The notes below the pieces were generated by a model. It worked only from the letters and a program-made list of their open reading frames with translations. It had not been told where the DNA came from and ran no database searches. Below, one piece after another: positions 36,460 through 48,441 of a DNA stretch of 64,000 nt. Location: positions 98,210,001 through 98,274,000 of the forward strand of contig NC_045696.1 in the NCBI RefSeq assembly GCF_009834535.1, given 5' to 3'. The number at the start of each line of letters is the position of its first letter. The first letter of the stretch is position 1. The position numbers were made by a program, and so were the translations under genes. The DNA comes from Camelus ferus (taxonomy: Eukaryota).

Positions 36460-38562
36460 ATTTTGTAATTGAAAGTTTGTATTTCTTAATTTTCCTCACC
36501 TCTTTCTCTTGTCCTCTCACCCACCTCCCCTCTGGCAACCACCTGTTTGTTTTCTGTATGGACTCTGTTTCTGTTTAGTTACGTTTGTTCATTTGTTTTG
36601 GTTTTTAGATTCCACATACAGGTGAAACCATTCAATATTTATCTTTCTCTGTCTGACTTATTTCACTTAGCATAATACCCTTTAGGTCCATCCGTGTTGT
36701 AGAAAATATCAAGATCAAGATTTCATTCTTTTTTTTTTAATCGGCTGAGTAATATTTCACTATGTATGTATATATTTACTCTGTCTTCTTTATCCACTAT
36801 CAATTGATAGGCACTGAGGTTGCTTCCATGTCTTGGCTATTATAAATAATTTTGCAATGAACATAGGTCTGTATATATCTTTTCAAATCAGTATTTTTGT
36901 TTTCTTTGGATAAATACCAGGAGTGGAATTTCTGGATCACATGGTAATTCTATTCTTAATTTTAACAGAATCTCCATACTGTTGTTCATAGGGGGGCTGC
37001 ACCAATTTACATTCCCACCACCAGTGCATGAGAATTCCCTTTTCTCCACCTCCTTGCCAACACTTGTTATTTATTGTCTTTTGATAATAGCCATTCCCAC
37101 AGCTGTGAGATGATATTTTATTGTGGTTTTGATTTGCATTTCCCTGTTGATTAGTGATGTTGAGCATCTTTTCATGTGCCTGTTGGCCACCTGTATGTCT
37201 TATTTGGAAGAACGTCTACTCAGGTCCTATGCCATTTTTAATTAGTTTTTTTTTTTTTGGATATGTGAGTTCTTTGTTTATTTTGGATATTAACCCCTTA
37301 TCAGATATCTTATCAAATATCTTCTCTTCAGTAGGCAACCTTTTGGTTTTGTTTATTCTTTCCTTCATTGTGCAAAAGCTTTTTAGTTTGATGTAGTCCT
37401 ATTGGTTTATTTTTGCTTTTGTTGCCCTTGCCTGAGGAGACAGATCCAAAAAAATATTGCTAAGCTTGACATGAAAAAGCATACTGCCTGTGTTTTCTTC
37501 TAGGAGTTTTATGGTTTCAGGTCTTATATTTATGTCTTTAATTCATTTTGAGTTTATTTTTTGTATGTAGTGTGAGAAAGTAGTTTAGTTTGATTCTTCT
37601 GCCTGTAGCTGTCCAGGTTTCCTAACACCCTTCATTGAAGGCGCTCTTTTCCCCCCATTGTATATTCTGGCATCCTGTGTCGTGATTAGACATGTAAGTA
37701 TGCCACATGTCTTGGAGCAGCTCAGGTATTCTGGAGCTGTGTTGGCCTGCTGGTAGGCAGAGCTGAGTCCCAGACTTTCTGGCTTCAGGGCTCTGGAGGT
37801 CTTGGGGTTGGTATAAACCCACAAGTGGGCAGGGCCTGGACCCACTCTGGTGGTTGATACGGGGTTCCTGGACTAGTGCCAGCTCACTGGTGGCCACGTC
37901 CATGCCCCAGCACTAATAAGCTAAAGGGAGGATTCCAAAATTGTGCTCTCCAGCACCAGTGTTCTCTTTATAGTATGAGCTTTCCAAAATGCCTGCTGCT
38001 TGAGTCTGTGTCCCCATAGTGAGTCCTAGTTGCCTCCTGCCCTTCTGGGAGGCTCTCCAAGATCAGCAGGTGAGTCTGATCCAGGTTCCTTTCAACTTAA
38101 CGCTTCTTCCCTGGGTCCTAGAGTTTGTGAGATTTCGTGTATGTCTTTTGAGAGTGGAGTCTCTATTTCCCACGGCCCTTTGGCTCTCCTGAAAGTAAGC
38201 CCCATGGGTTTCACAAAGCCAGACATTCTGGGGGCTCATCTCCCTGGTGCAGGGCCCCTGGACTGGGTAGCCTAATATGGGTGCTTGGACCCCTTGCTTC
38301 TTGGGAAATTCTCTACAATTGTAACTATTCTCCCATTTGTAGATTGCCTACCTGGCAGTATGAGTCTTAACCTTACCATGTCTCTGCCCCCTCTGCCCAT
38401 CACATTGTTTCTTCATTATACCTTTAGTTGTAGAAGGTTTTTTTCTGCCATTCTTCAGGTTGTTCTCATTGATAGTTGCTCTGTAATAATTGTGATTTTG
38501 ATATGCCTGTGGGAGGAGGTGAACTTAGGTTCTTCCTACTCCATCATCTTGGCCATTCCCTC
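36460..38562 (-). mobile_element. L1 (L1MA9/L1MB-like) with 5'UTR joined directly to the ORF2 3' end; extreme 3' end missing
   Basis: 3'UTR/ORF2 text 36460-37702 (ORF 36937-37167 [26 protein letters not shown]). GC-richer 5'UTR 37703-38562 ends ccatcatcttggccattccctc. Confidence 0.85.
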
Positions 38563-38564
38563 TG

Positions 38565-39650
38565 AATACCACACATTGAAACTTTCTATCAAGACTGCTT
38601 TAAAATCATTGTCAGATAATTCTAATACCATTGTCATCTCAGTGTTGGCAACTATTGTGTTTTTTTTCATCCAGTTTCAAATTTTTTTTTGTTCTTTGTG
38701 TGATGAGTGATTTTTTATTGGAATCTAGACATTTTGCACTTTCGAGACCTTGGATCTTATTTAAGCTGTCTGTTTTATCTAGCTTTCTCTGATGCTACTG
38801 TGACAGGGGAAGGGATTGTGCCATGTCATTGCTACCAGATGGAGTTAGCCTCTTTTCATGCCATTCAGCCTCCTTTGATGCCTGAGTAGGGAGACACTGT
38901 CTTACTGCTAGGCAGAGGTGGGAGTTCTGGCGTAAGCCAGAACTGAGGCCACGGTGGGGGTGGCCTTGCTAGTGAGATTTCCTGACCTTCTACTAGGCCT
39001 CCTCGGATACTACTGCAGTGGGGAGGAGGAGGGGTGCTCCTTTCTGCTGCGAGGGGATAGAATTCCACTGGATGGAATTCAGTGGTCTTCAGTGACATCG
39101 TGGAAGAAGCTTTTTCCTGGCCAGTGGAGATGAAAGTCCCAGCTTACTACTTGACCTCTCTGAGTCCACCCTTGCAGGGGCATTGGGGCACCTCATTACA
39201 GCCTCATGAGGGTAGAAACCTAGGCTCCACACTTGGCCTTTGCTGGTGTGAGTAGGAGTGAGGCCACAATTTTTTTTCTGCAGTATTTGTCTACAGTGAA
39301 GATGTTATTATGTAAAAGTATTCTGTCTTTTTAGGCTTCCCCTTTTCTGTCCTTTGGCTAGAGAGAGCAGGCTCTTTGGGGGGCTTATTTTTGTTGGTGA
39401 CCATTGGTGTTTCTGCATTGTCATATTATTTAACTCCAAGTCTGGTATATATGAAGCAGAAAGAAAACCCAGGAGCTTACCATTGTGTCTGTTCTGGGGC
39501 CTTGAGGTCCCTAGCTAGTCTGCCATCTTCTTCCACCATTCAGAGTCTTTTTGTTTTTATTGTATATACAGTGTTTAGGGTTTTAGTTGTGCTTAGTGGA
39601 AGGAATAGGGGAAAGTACCTCTATTCTATCTTCCCAGAAGTGGAAATCCC
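38565..39650 (-). mobile_element. Older L1M 5' end (5'UTR/ORF1 start)
   Basis: gctttaaaatcattgtcagataattctaata at left; ctattctatcttcccagaagtggaaatc at right, typical of an L1M 5' terminus. Confidence 0.7.
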
Positions 39651-39839
39651 CAGGGGCTATATTTTTATTATTCCTTTGGTACCTCTGACTGTTCAAAATG
39701 CATGTACAAAACACCAAGCACTTTTTAGGAAACAATATTTTTAGGAAATGGTATTTGATCTCTTGTTAGGGACTTAGGTGCATTCATCCATTTATTTGAC
39801 AGATACTTTTCTAGGTGTGGAAGACACTATGAGCTTCCT

Positions 39840-39939
39840 NNNNNNNNNNNNNNNNNNNNNNNNNNNNNNNNNNNNNNNNNNNNNNNNNNNNNNNNNNNNN
39901 NNNNNNNNNNNNNNNNNNNNNNNNNNNNNNNNNNNNNNN
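39840..39939. other. Assembly gap (100 N)
   Basis: Run of N; a length of 100 conventionally means unknown size. Confidence 0.99.
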
Positions 39940-40037
39940 TCTTTCTTTCTTTTCTCTTTCTTTCTCTCTCTCTTTCTCTTTTCTCTCTTTTTCTCTTTCT
40001 TTCTCTCTCTCTTTCTCTTTTCTTTCTTTCTCTTTCC
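39940..40037 (+). repeat. (TTTC)n/(TC)n polypyrimidine repeat
   Basis: Direct inspection; abuts the gap. Confidence 0.95.
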
Positions 40038-43000
40038 TAAGAATATTTCCCCAAGACTTTTGATTAGAATATTAATACCTTCTTAAGCTTTTAGGCAAGC
40101 CAAAACCAATCTAATTAAATTGTTCATTACAAACTCCTTTTTTTAATGAGTTTACAATCTAAAGAAAAAAAGTACCCCATAGCTTCCTATGATAATAGAG
40201 AACTAAAAGACCAAGTAATTATATTTTAGGATAATCTATCAAGGTATCTTTCTTAAATATCAGAAAGAGTAGGCGAGTGTTTGTAAGTTACTTGCTTGTA
40301 GTGCTGGACAGCTCAATGAACTGTCCTGTTCAGAAGTCTTTCTCTTTATTGCTCCTATCTTATAATTTAGACGTTAGAATGCAATTGTTTATGCCCAGTA
40401 ATGAATGAGGCATTCTACAGGGAGCAACTCAGTATCCATTTGTGAATTCATTGACTCATAGAGGTTGGCACTAAAAGTTTTAGGGTTTCTACTTGTTTCT
40501 TTTTCAGATCCACTTGCTCTTGTTCCTTAACCTTCTGTTCTTATTTTATGGGTTCTATTTCTACCCTTATCTCCTTAAACGTTTTGAACATCTGTATGTT
40601 AAGAGCCCCTATCCAGTTGCTCTACTATTTGTAGTTCTTCAGGTATAAATTCTGTTTGTTTCATCTGTAGACACTCTTTCTTGGCATTTGTCTTCGTTGT
40701 AGGTTTTGTAATCTTTAGCTGTGAGTTCATCTCTAGTGAGAATTAACTTCTTTGGGAGGCCTGAGCATCTGGATGGTGGTGGCCGGTGAAATTTCTGCTT
40801 GGGGATACAACACTCACTTGATTGGGAAAAGTTTTATAATGCCAGTTCTCAGCCTAGTTTCCAACCCCATACGTTGCAGATACTGTAGAATAGGCCCTCT
40901 ACCCATTGTCACATTTTTCTGGTCTACAGAAATTAGCTTAATCTTTGGTCACAATGGGCAATAATTTTCTAGTTCCTGGTTTTAGCCAGCAAACCCAGTT
41001 TCAATTGCCTTCAGTACATGAGTCTTATGGTCTTGACTTCCATCCTAATAAAGTCATTAGAACTTTATCTCAGTTGGTGTTGGTTTTTCTCTGGCCCATG
41101 TAGTCTCAATTCTTCTTCAGAACTGTAATGTGATGTTTTATGTATTTAGAGAAAAAGGGTAATGTCCATGATTGCTTAGTCCATTGTCTTTCTCTTGACT
41201 GGAAGTTACCCTACACATTATTTGGTGATAGTAGTTAAGTTGCTTGGATCCAGTAAACTTTGGACTATAGTCTTGTCCCTCTTCTTGCCCCCACTTTCCT
41301 TCATCATGCCCTATGATGAAGCATCCAGGCCTTTGTGGGCCGCAGTCTCCTCCCTGCTGGTACCCCTGGCAGCCATGAAGAAGGGAGCATGGCAGAGAGC
41401 ATCATAAGGCAAGTAACCAGAATTACACTCAAGTCAGATGCAGAGGACAAATGCCATGCTCTTGGTTGGCAATCCCAGCCTAACCTCCCTATGTTAACTT
41501 TCCTTGGAAATGATTTTGTTTGCCTCTGCAATTCCTAGGTGAATCTTTCTTTTAATACAAAAAATATTTTATTAAAATTATTAATGCCATACTAATTAAG
41601 TTCTTAAGATTCGATCTCCTCAAACTTAATGAGGAGCATGAGATGTCTAAGTGGTAAGTAGTGGTTTCTTGTCCTCTTCTCAAGTCAGTACCATCCACCA
41701 TGGCCTGCCCTTGCAAGAAATGAAAACAGTGCAAGCTGCTTTCTTATTTCTACTCATATCAAGTGTAACCAGCTGTGGTGATGGTGGTTAAATGTTCTGT
41801 CATCCTCAACCAGTCCTCCTATTTACTTTATCCAGAATAGCCCAAGCATATAAAGAACTCAACTTTATGAAAGGAAATTCAGAAGTTCCTTCCAAGTTAG
41901 AGTATACATTTCAAGAAAAATAAAATGTTAATCCTAAGTATTTGCTTCTTAGAAGTTATTCAGTACTTTAATATCTAATAATGCAACACTAAACTGTAAT
42001 TAAATTTCTCTTCCCTCAAGAAGCTCCTATTTATCATAAATTATAGTTTAAGTGATGGATATCCCTGTCTCCCCAGACAACTCTCATTCCTGTCATGCTT
42101 CCTCCAACTCTTGTCTGTCCTAAACTCTTGGCTGTTTCTGTTGTGTGATTTTTTTTTTTTAATTTCAAAAAGAAAAAATAGGGATGAAAGATATGTGATT
42201 AAATCTAATTAGGTGCTTAATAATTTTTCTTTGACATACCGATGTTAGAAAATATGCTTCTTATGTTAAATATAGAAGGCCATGGAAGGTTTTCTAGTGA
42301 GCCTAGAAAGAGGAGTGCTCTAGAGACTAGAAGAAAAGGGCAGTAACATCTAACCTGGAGGAAAGCTTGTACGTAAGTGAGCCCCTGTCCTTTAATTCTC
42401 CCAGTTTCCTCACATGTATGTATGGGCTTGTAGAATTTCCCCACAGAAATCATAACCACAATTCAGAAGATCAGTATCTCAGCCATCAAGGAGGTGACAC
42501 ATCATTTTTAATATTATGGCTTTTGGAGACTGTTTACAAGCTTTTCTTTTTCATCAGATGAAGAAGAGCACCTCAGTCAACAAAAGCTGCTTTTTTCAAC
42601 TTGTGAGCAGAACCCCAGACTTCACATGTGAAGCCATTCCACACTTGCTTGAGACTTTAAATCAGCAGTTGAAACTGCTTATCTCATTTCAAATTCCTGA
42701 GGAATATGAGGAAAGTTATTAGAAAGGAAAGGAAGCATTAATTAATTCATTACTAACCATTCATTAATTCATTAAGTCACCCTTAAGAAGTTGTAACATA
42801 ATTTGTATGTGCTCGTTTCAGCTTAAAACTAGAAAGATTAAATATTCAGTATATTGTATATGTTTCCCCAAACTGCCCAATGCCCTGATTGTAGTAGGAA
42901 TATTCTTTGAATTATAGTTTACAGGTTGGTCCCCCACAATGTGGAAGGAGACTTGGGTTCTAATTTTGGTTTTTCCACTGCCTTGCTAGGTGATCTTGAA

Positions 43001-44613
43001 CCAATCACTTAGCTTCTCTAGAACTCTCTACCCTCAGGGAAATGGTACATGTTTAAAGAAATCTCCTGAAACACTGAAATTTCATAATCTTCCTTCTGAA
43101 TCATCGCTTGAAGAAGACAAAGGCAATAATGGCTTGACAAGTAGAAATTACCTGATAAATCATTAAATCAGCCAATTATCTATCTATTGATACAGATATT
43201 ATGAGTGTCACAATGATTTAATAATATTCTATAACTAAATACAAGGATATTTTTTGTTAAAAATGGAAAAAAATTTACCTTTTTCTAAAGATGAATAAAG
43301 AAATTCTATTTATTATTATGTTATAGTAACAGTGGGGGTCCCCCCCCCATTTTTCAGATTAACTATTTACCCCAAAGAACTATTTCCCTGGCAGAACATT
43401 TGGATAGCTGGTTGTGACTCTGGGTTGATGAGGTCAAGGTTATAGATTTGGACCCTATTTAGACTAGCTGTATTCACTCCATTTATGGTCAAAGACTGTG
43501 AGCCTCTCAGACACCACCTGTCTTATTCATTGGCAGTCCAGGTGAAAGGGTAAAGACAGATTGGTTCATGGCTGCAAATCAAAATTACAAGCGTGCCCTG
43601 TGGCTTAGGGAGCCATAGATTATGTCATCCTATGAGAAAGGTGGCACAATATGTTATTGTTAAAATAACTTACTCAAAACAAACCTATCTCAGATCCTTT
43701 GGAGGGAAAATACAACTTTTTAAAGTTTAGCAAAAACTTAACATGGTTCAGTTCCCCAGATAAAAACATAGAGGTGAGGGCAGAGTATTATAAAGGAACC
43801 TCACAGTAATATACTATTTAGTATAACACTTCAAAATATTATATTGTTCAGTGGTTTGAAGAGTGAAATGGACTTTGTGTTAAGAAAATGTTTCTGTAAG
43901 GGTAATGTTCATTTGATTTTATCACAGAGTTAACTTTTTTTTTGAATACAATTTTGTATGCTACTTTTAATTTTTTACATTCAAATGCTGTAAAAATGGA
44001 GAGACAGCAGAAGGATTTGGCTGAGGAAGCGCTGGACATGAGCCCCGTCCAAGGGCTTGTTTTACAACTAAAATCGTACGTAGGTAATTTAATGTTTTAC
44101 TTTGTTATCCCTTAAATATTACAAAATATTTAGATTGGGAGTACCAACATCTGTTTTCACCTCTGTTTCACAGATTGTTAAAAGTTAAAAAGTAAGGTCT
44201 TTGAAAGATATGAAAGCACTTTGAAAATATAACCTTTCTTTAATGTAAGGATAGGTGAAACAAATTTAATGAAAGAAAGCTCAGACCTTCACAAGATTAA
44301 TGGACTTTTTTTCATTCAGAAATTCAGCAGAAATATTTTTCATTATTATAACCCAATGCTTTTATTTCAAGAAGTATAAAAAGTTACTTGATTAATGCTG
44401 AAAGAACGGTAAAATGATAGATATTGCATAGCTTCTACAATTATATTGTAGCAGTGTTGTAGCAACAATATTTGGGTATGAAGTGGGGCCCTCAGGCTAA
44501 ATCTGACTGAAAGATATATTTTCTTTGGTCCCCAAAGTGTTTCTAGCTTTTGGGATTTGAATCCTCTGTGGTTCACTAATCCCCACCATTCTCTACTTTC
44601 TGATTCTTTAGGT

Positions 44614-44917
44614 CAGTGTTGTTCAACAGAAATATAACATGAGCCACATATGTAATTTAAAAATTTTCTAGTAGCCATACTAAAAAATAAAAAGGAACAT
44701 GTAAAATTAATTTTGGTAATATATTTAACCCAGTGTATCCAAAATACTGTCACTTCAACCTGTAATCAGTATAAAAATTATTGAGGTATTTTACATTTTT
44801 TTTGCACTGTCTTCTAAATCTAGAGTTTAGTTAATGTTTCCAGCATATCTTAGTTGAAACTAGCCACGCTTCAAGTGCTCAGTCAACAGAGGCTGGCCAC
44901 CGTGCTGGACAGTGCAG
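44614..44917. mobile_element. MER33 (hAT-Charlie)
   Basis: cagtgttgttcaacagaaatataacatgagccacatatgtaattt..tttctagtagcca..gtgctggacagtgcag. Confidence 0.85.
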
Positions 44918-44953
44918 TGTCCCTCACTTAAGTTACCCACCTGGCCCTTCTGG

Positions 44954-45140
44954 CAGTGGTTCTGAAAATGTGGTCTCTGGAATAGCAGCGTTACCATCAC
45001 CTGGGAATTCCTCTGGACTGCAAATGTTAGGCTCTACACAGACGTACAAAATCAGAAACTCTGGGAGTGGGGTCCAACAAGCTATAGTTTAATGAGCCTC
45101 GAGGTGATTCTGATGCACCCTAATGTTTAAAAACCCTCTG
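44954..45140. mobile_element. MER5A (hAT-Charlie)
   Basis: cagtggttctgaaaatgtggtc..catcacctgggaa..aatcagaaactctgggagtggggtccaac..ggtgattctgatgca..ctg. Confidence 0.85.
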
Positions 45141-45524
45141 CCCTATTGGCATCTTAACTTGCAACTCTAGCTTTTGCACTCTGCTTATCATGATTCATAG
45201 GCAAAACCAAATCCAACACATAGCAGAAGTGCCATCAGCTAAAATGTTTTCATTTGGCCCTTCTGAGGCATTAAAACCTGAAGAAAGTAGGACAAATACT
45301 AAATGCAGCTTGAGAATTACTCATTACACTGTTTATTCCTTTTAAACTTCCAGGACTGGCATAGTTAAGGGGAGCCTGACAGGATGTCATCTAGTCAAAT
45401 ACCCCTTTCACCTACTCATAGATGTCTGAAATGTCTTTAACTGGGGTGGGGTGGATGATACCCACTTCTGTATCCCCACTTGAACCAAGATCTACCTGGG
45501 GGTGGAGATACACTGACTCAGGTG

Positions 45525-45790
45525 AGAGCCAGAGTTAAGGTAGTGGAAGAGCATGGTGCTGGGAACTGAAAGATCTAAATCAAATATACTGTTTACCTCT
45601 TATGCACAATGGGGTTAACTTTTACTTAACCTGTGATGACTCATTTTATTTATTCCTCTGGTAAATAATGACAGTGAAATTCATGGTAATGATGAAGTTA
45701 AAAAATCTGTGCAGTCTGACTCACAATATTGTTGCAAACATCAAATGAGATCATGTACTTGGAGATGCTATGAGATGCTGCAACTTTGAG
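45525..45790 (+). mobile_element. MIR SINE (degenerate)
   Basis: gtagtggaagagcatggtgctgggaactgaaagatcta..atcaaatgagatcatgtac. Confidence 0.5.
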
Positions 45791-47585
45791 ATTTTTGTTA
45801 GTGTTATTAAATCACACTATGGTGTAAATGACTAATTTTCCCTTGGGAAGTTGTATGTGATGCTGGAAGTAGAAGAAGCTAAAGTACCGGAAAAAGGTGG
45901 AAAGGCTCAGAGAGGGAGGCTGAAAGCACTGCTGATAAACTACTTGACCAGACAGTTTTGCCAGCTCTGATCATTCTCTTGAATACCTACATAATTTTAA
46001 AACATAAATTACAATGATATTATACTATCTATTATAATACAAAGTTTAGACCATTCTATCTACCATTATTTATTTACCCCTCCATTCTGCCTCTCCATTC
46101 ATTTTCTCTGTGGGGCTATTTGTGTTTTCTAATTAATCAGCCTGTGATATAACAGGCACCGATGCTGAGCCAATAAAAAGTAAACAACACTTTGCCAACT
46201 GAAAAATATGATGAGATACCGGTGACTGCAGCTTCCTGTGAAAACTTCATTAGCAATAAATGAGTTACCAGATGTCACACATCAGATTTGAAATTAAGAT
46301 ATATTCCCAGTATTTGTGTGCGGTCTGAGCAGGAGGGAAAAATGAACTCTTTCCAAGAGAGCTGCATAAGGTCATGTACCACTTTGTCTTGGACTGTTTG
46401 TTTCTCTTCTAAAGTAAAATAAACGCATCCCTTGGTTTGTCAAGTGGAAATACGGCATTTCTGCATACGAGAGCTATGTTGTGAAGTGGCACATTACTCA
46501 TACAGCAGCAACTCTTTAAGGACAAGGTGAAAATTTTCAAACATTCTGTGTCCCACCAAGACCACCGTCTCCTGTTGTTTTTAACCTCACCGTAGCAGTT
46601 TCTGTCTTTTCTCACCTTCACTTTCAAAGCGATTTCTGCTTTTATTACCAACAATAAAACTGTTAAGCCAGCAACTGTCAGCGTTGACTCCACTCTTCCC
46701 GAACTTGCTGAAACAACAACCCTTTTAGTGCTTCCCCTTTCCTCATGAGATATGAAAACTCCCCTCTTGTTCTTCCAGCTAGCTAAGCTGACTCTGTCCT
46801 GGTCATCAAAGTTACAAGCCTCCAATCGGAAAGCAATTGTGGTGAGGGAGGAAACCCCACAGCTGGAAATAGGACAGCACAGTTTCACTTGAGCCAGCAG
46901 AAATTTCAAATGATAAGCCAGTATGGTAGAAATATCTAATACTCTTTAGTTTTCATAAACAAGCTTTTTGGCAGAAGAAGACCCGCGTTCCTTTGCAATT
47001 TCAAAATCTCTAGTTACTTGGTTCTAGCTAAAGACCATGACTGTTTGAAACTGTTTATTTTTTTTCCTTCCTAATTTATTTTTGTTCTTATCTCCTGTAA
47101 GATAGGTGAAGTTTATAAATCAAATTAAGAGGGTGAAAGGGAATTATCACTCTCAAGCCTCCTCTCAGAAAAATATTTACCTAGAATTTCTTTACACACA
47201 GAAATCCCCCGAGGCACTTAAAAGTTTATTTCTGGATCATTAAATACTCATCAGATGCTGGGGATGCAGAAGCTACTGGCCTTTGACCTTCATATAAAGG
47301 AAGACAGAACATCTTTGAAATAATTAGCTATGTCAATGGGGAAAATGTCAATTTGAATTTTTCAGTTGCATAACTTTAGCACAAAGTGACACACAAGTAT
47401 TCAAGTGAACTTATTTAATGTATAATTGTTTTATACTATTCTCTGTTTCTGATGGTATCTGATTCACATGGATGACTTATAGTGGCTTAATATTAACAAT
47501 AACAACATTTATAGTTTATGGTTAATTGAATGCTTACTATATCCCAAGTTTTGTGCTAATGGCTTTCATCTCTGTAAGAGAGCCC

Positions 47586-47957
47586 TGATATGAACTGAAT
47601 TGTGTCACTCCCACCCCCTGCCCCCAAATTCATAGGTTGAAGCCTTAATCCCCAGTTTGACTATATTTGGAGATAGGGCCTTTAAAGAAGTAATTGTGGT
47701 TAAATGAGGTCATAAGTTTGGGGCTTTAATCCAATATGATTGGTGTCCTCTTAAGAGGAAGACACACCAGGAATGTGCTTGCACAGAGCAAAAGCCATGT
47801 GAAGACAGTGAGAAGATGGCTGTCTGTCTTCAAGTGAGGAAGAAAGGTCTCACCAGAAACCAACCCTGCTGCCACCTTAATCTTGAACTTCTAGCCTCCA
47901 GTGAGAAAAGAAATTTCTGTTGTTATTTAGTTATGGCAGTCCTAGCAAACTAATACA
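47586..47957 (+). mobile_element. MLT1A0/B solo LTR inserted in a minus-strand MIR (~47500-48020)
   Basis: tgatatgaactgaattgtgtc..atttggagatagggcctttaaagaagtaatt..gttatggcagtcctagcaaactaataca. MIR core cagatgaggaaactgaggcctagagag resumes afterwards. Confidence 0.88.
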
Positions 47958-48108
47958 GGGCCTATGAGGGCAGGCACCATTATTCCCACTCTTCAGATGA
48001 GGAAACTGAGGCCTAGAGAGCAGGTCCTTACATTTTTGACATTCTGAAGTCTCAAGGCTCAGGTTTTTTTTTTCCCGTTTGGTAAAGTCATGGCTTCATA
48101 CTCTGATT

Positions 48109-48337
48109 CAGCGCTTCTCAATCAGGGGTAATTTTGCCCTTCAGGGACATCTGGCAATGTTTGGAGACATTTTTTGGTTCCCATAACAGGGGGAGAGGGA
48201 AAAGAGGGTGTTACTAGCATTGAGTGGGTAGGGGTCAAAGATACTGCTGATCATATTGCAAGGCACAGGACAGGCACCCCAAACAACAAAGAATTATCTC
48301 GCCTAAGATGTGAGTAGTGCTGCTATTGAGAAACCTT
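48109..48337 (+). mobile_element. MER20 (hAT-Charlie MITE)
   Basis: cagcgcttctcaatcaggggtaattttgccc..gacatctggcaatgtttggagacattttt..acaacaaagaattatc..ttgagaaacc. Confidence 0.85.
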
Positions 48338-48441
48338 TCTAGTCCAGAGTTTTTTTTTCTTCCCTTTCAATTCTTGATAATCTAGTTCTTATCTTTCATG
48401 GAATAAGTTAACTGTACATTATGTTTTATTTGTGGCCTTTG

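Noticed and set aside
39778..40086. ORF spanning the N gap
   Set aside because: Artefact of Ns and the TC repeat.
46409..46909. 166-aa minus-strand ORF
   Set aside because: TTG start, no domain-like pattern, no convincing exon structure.
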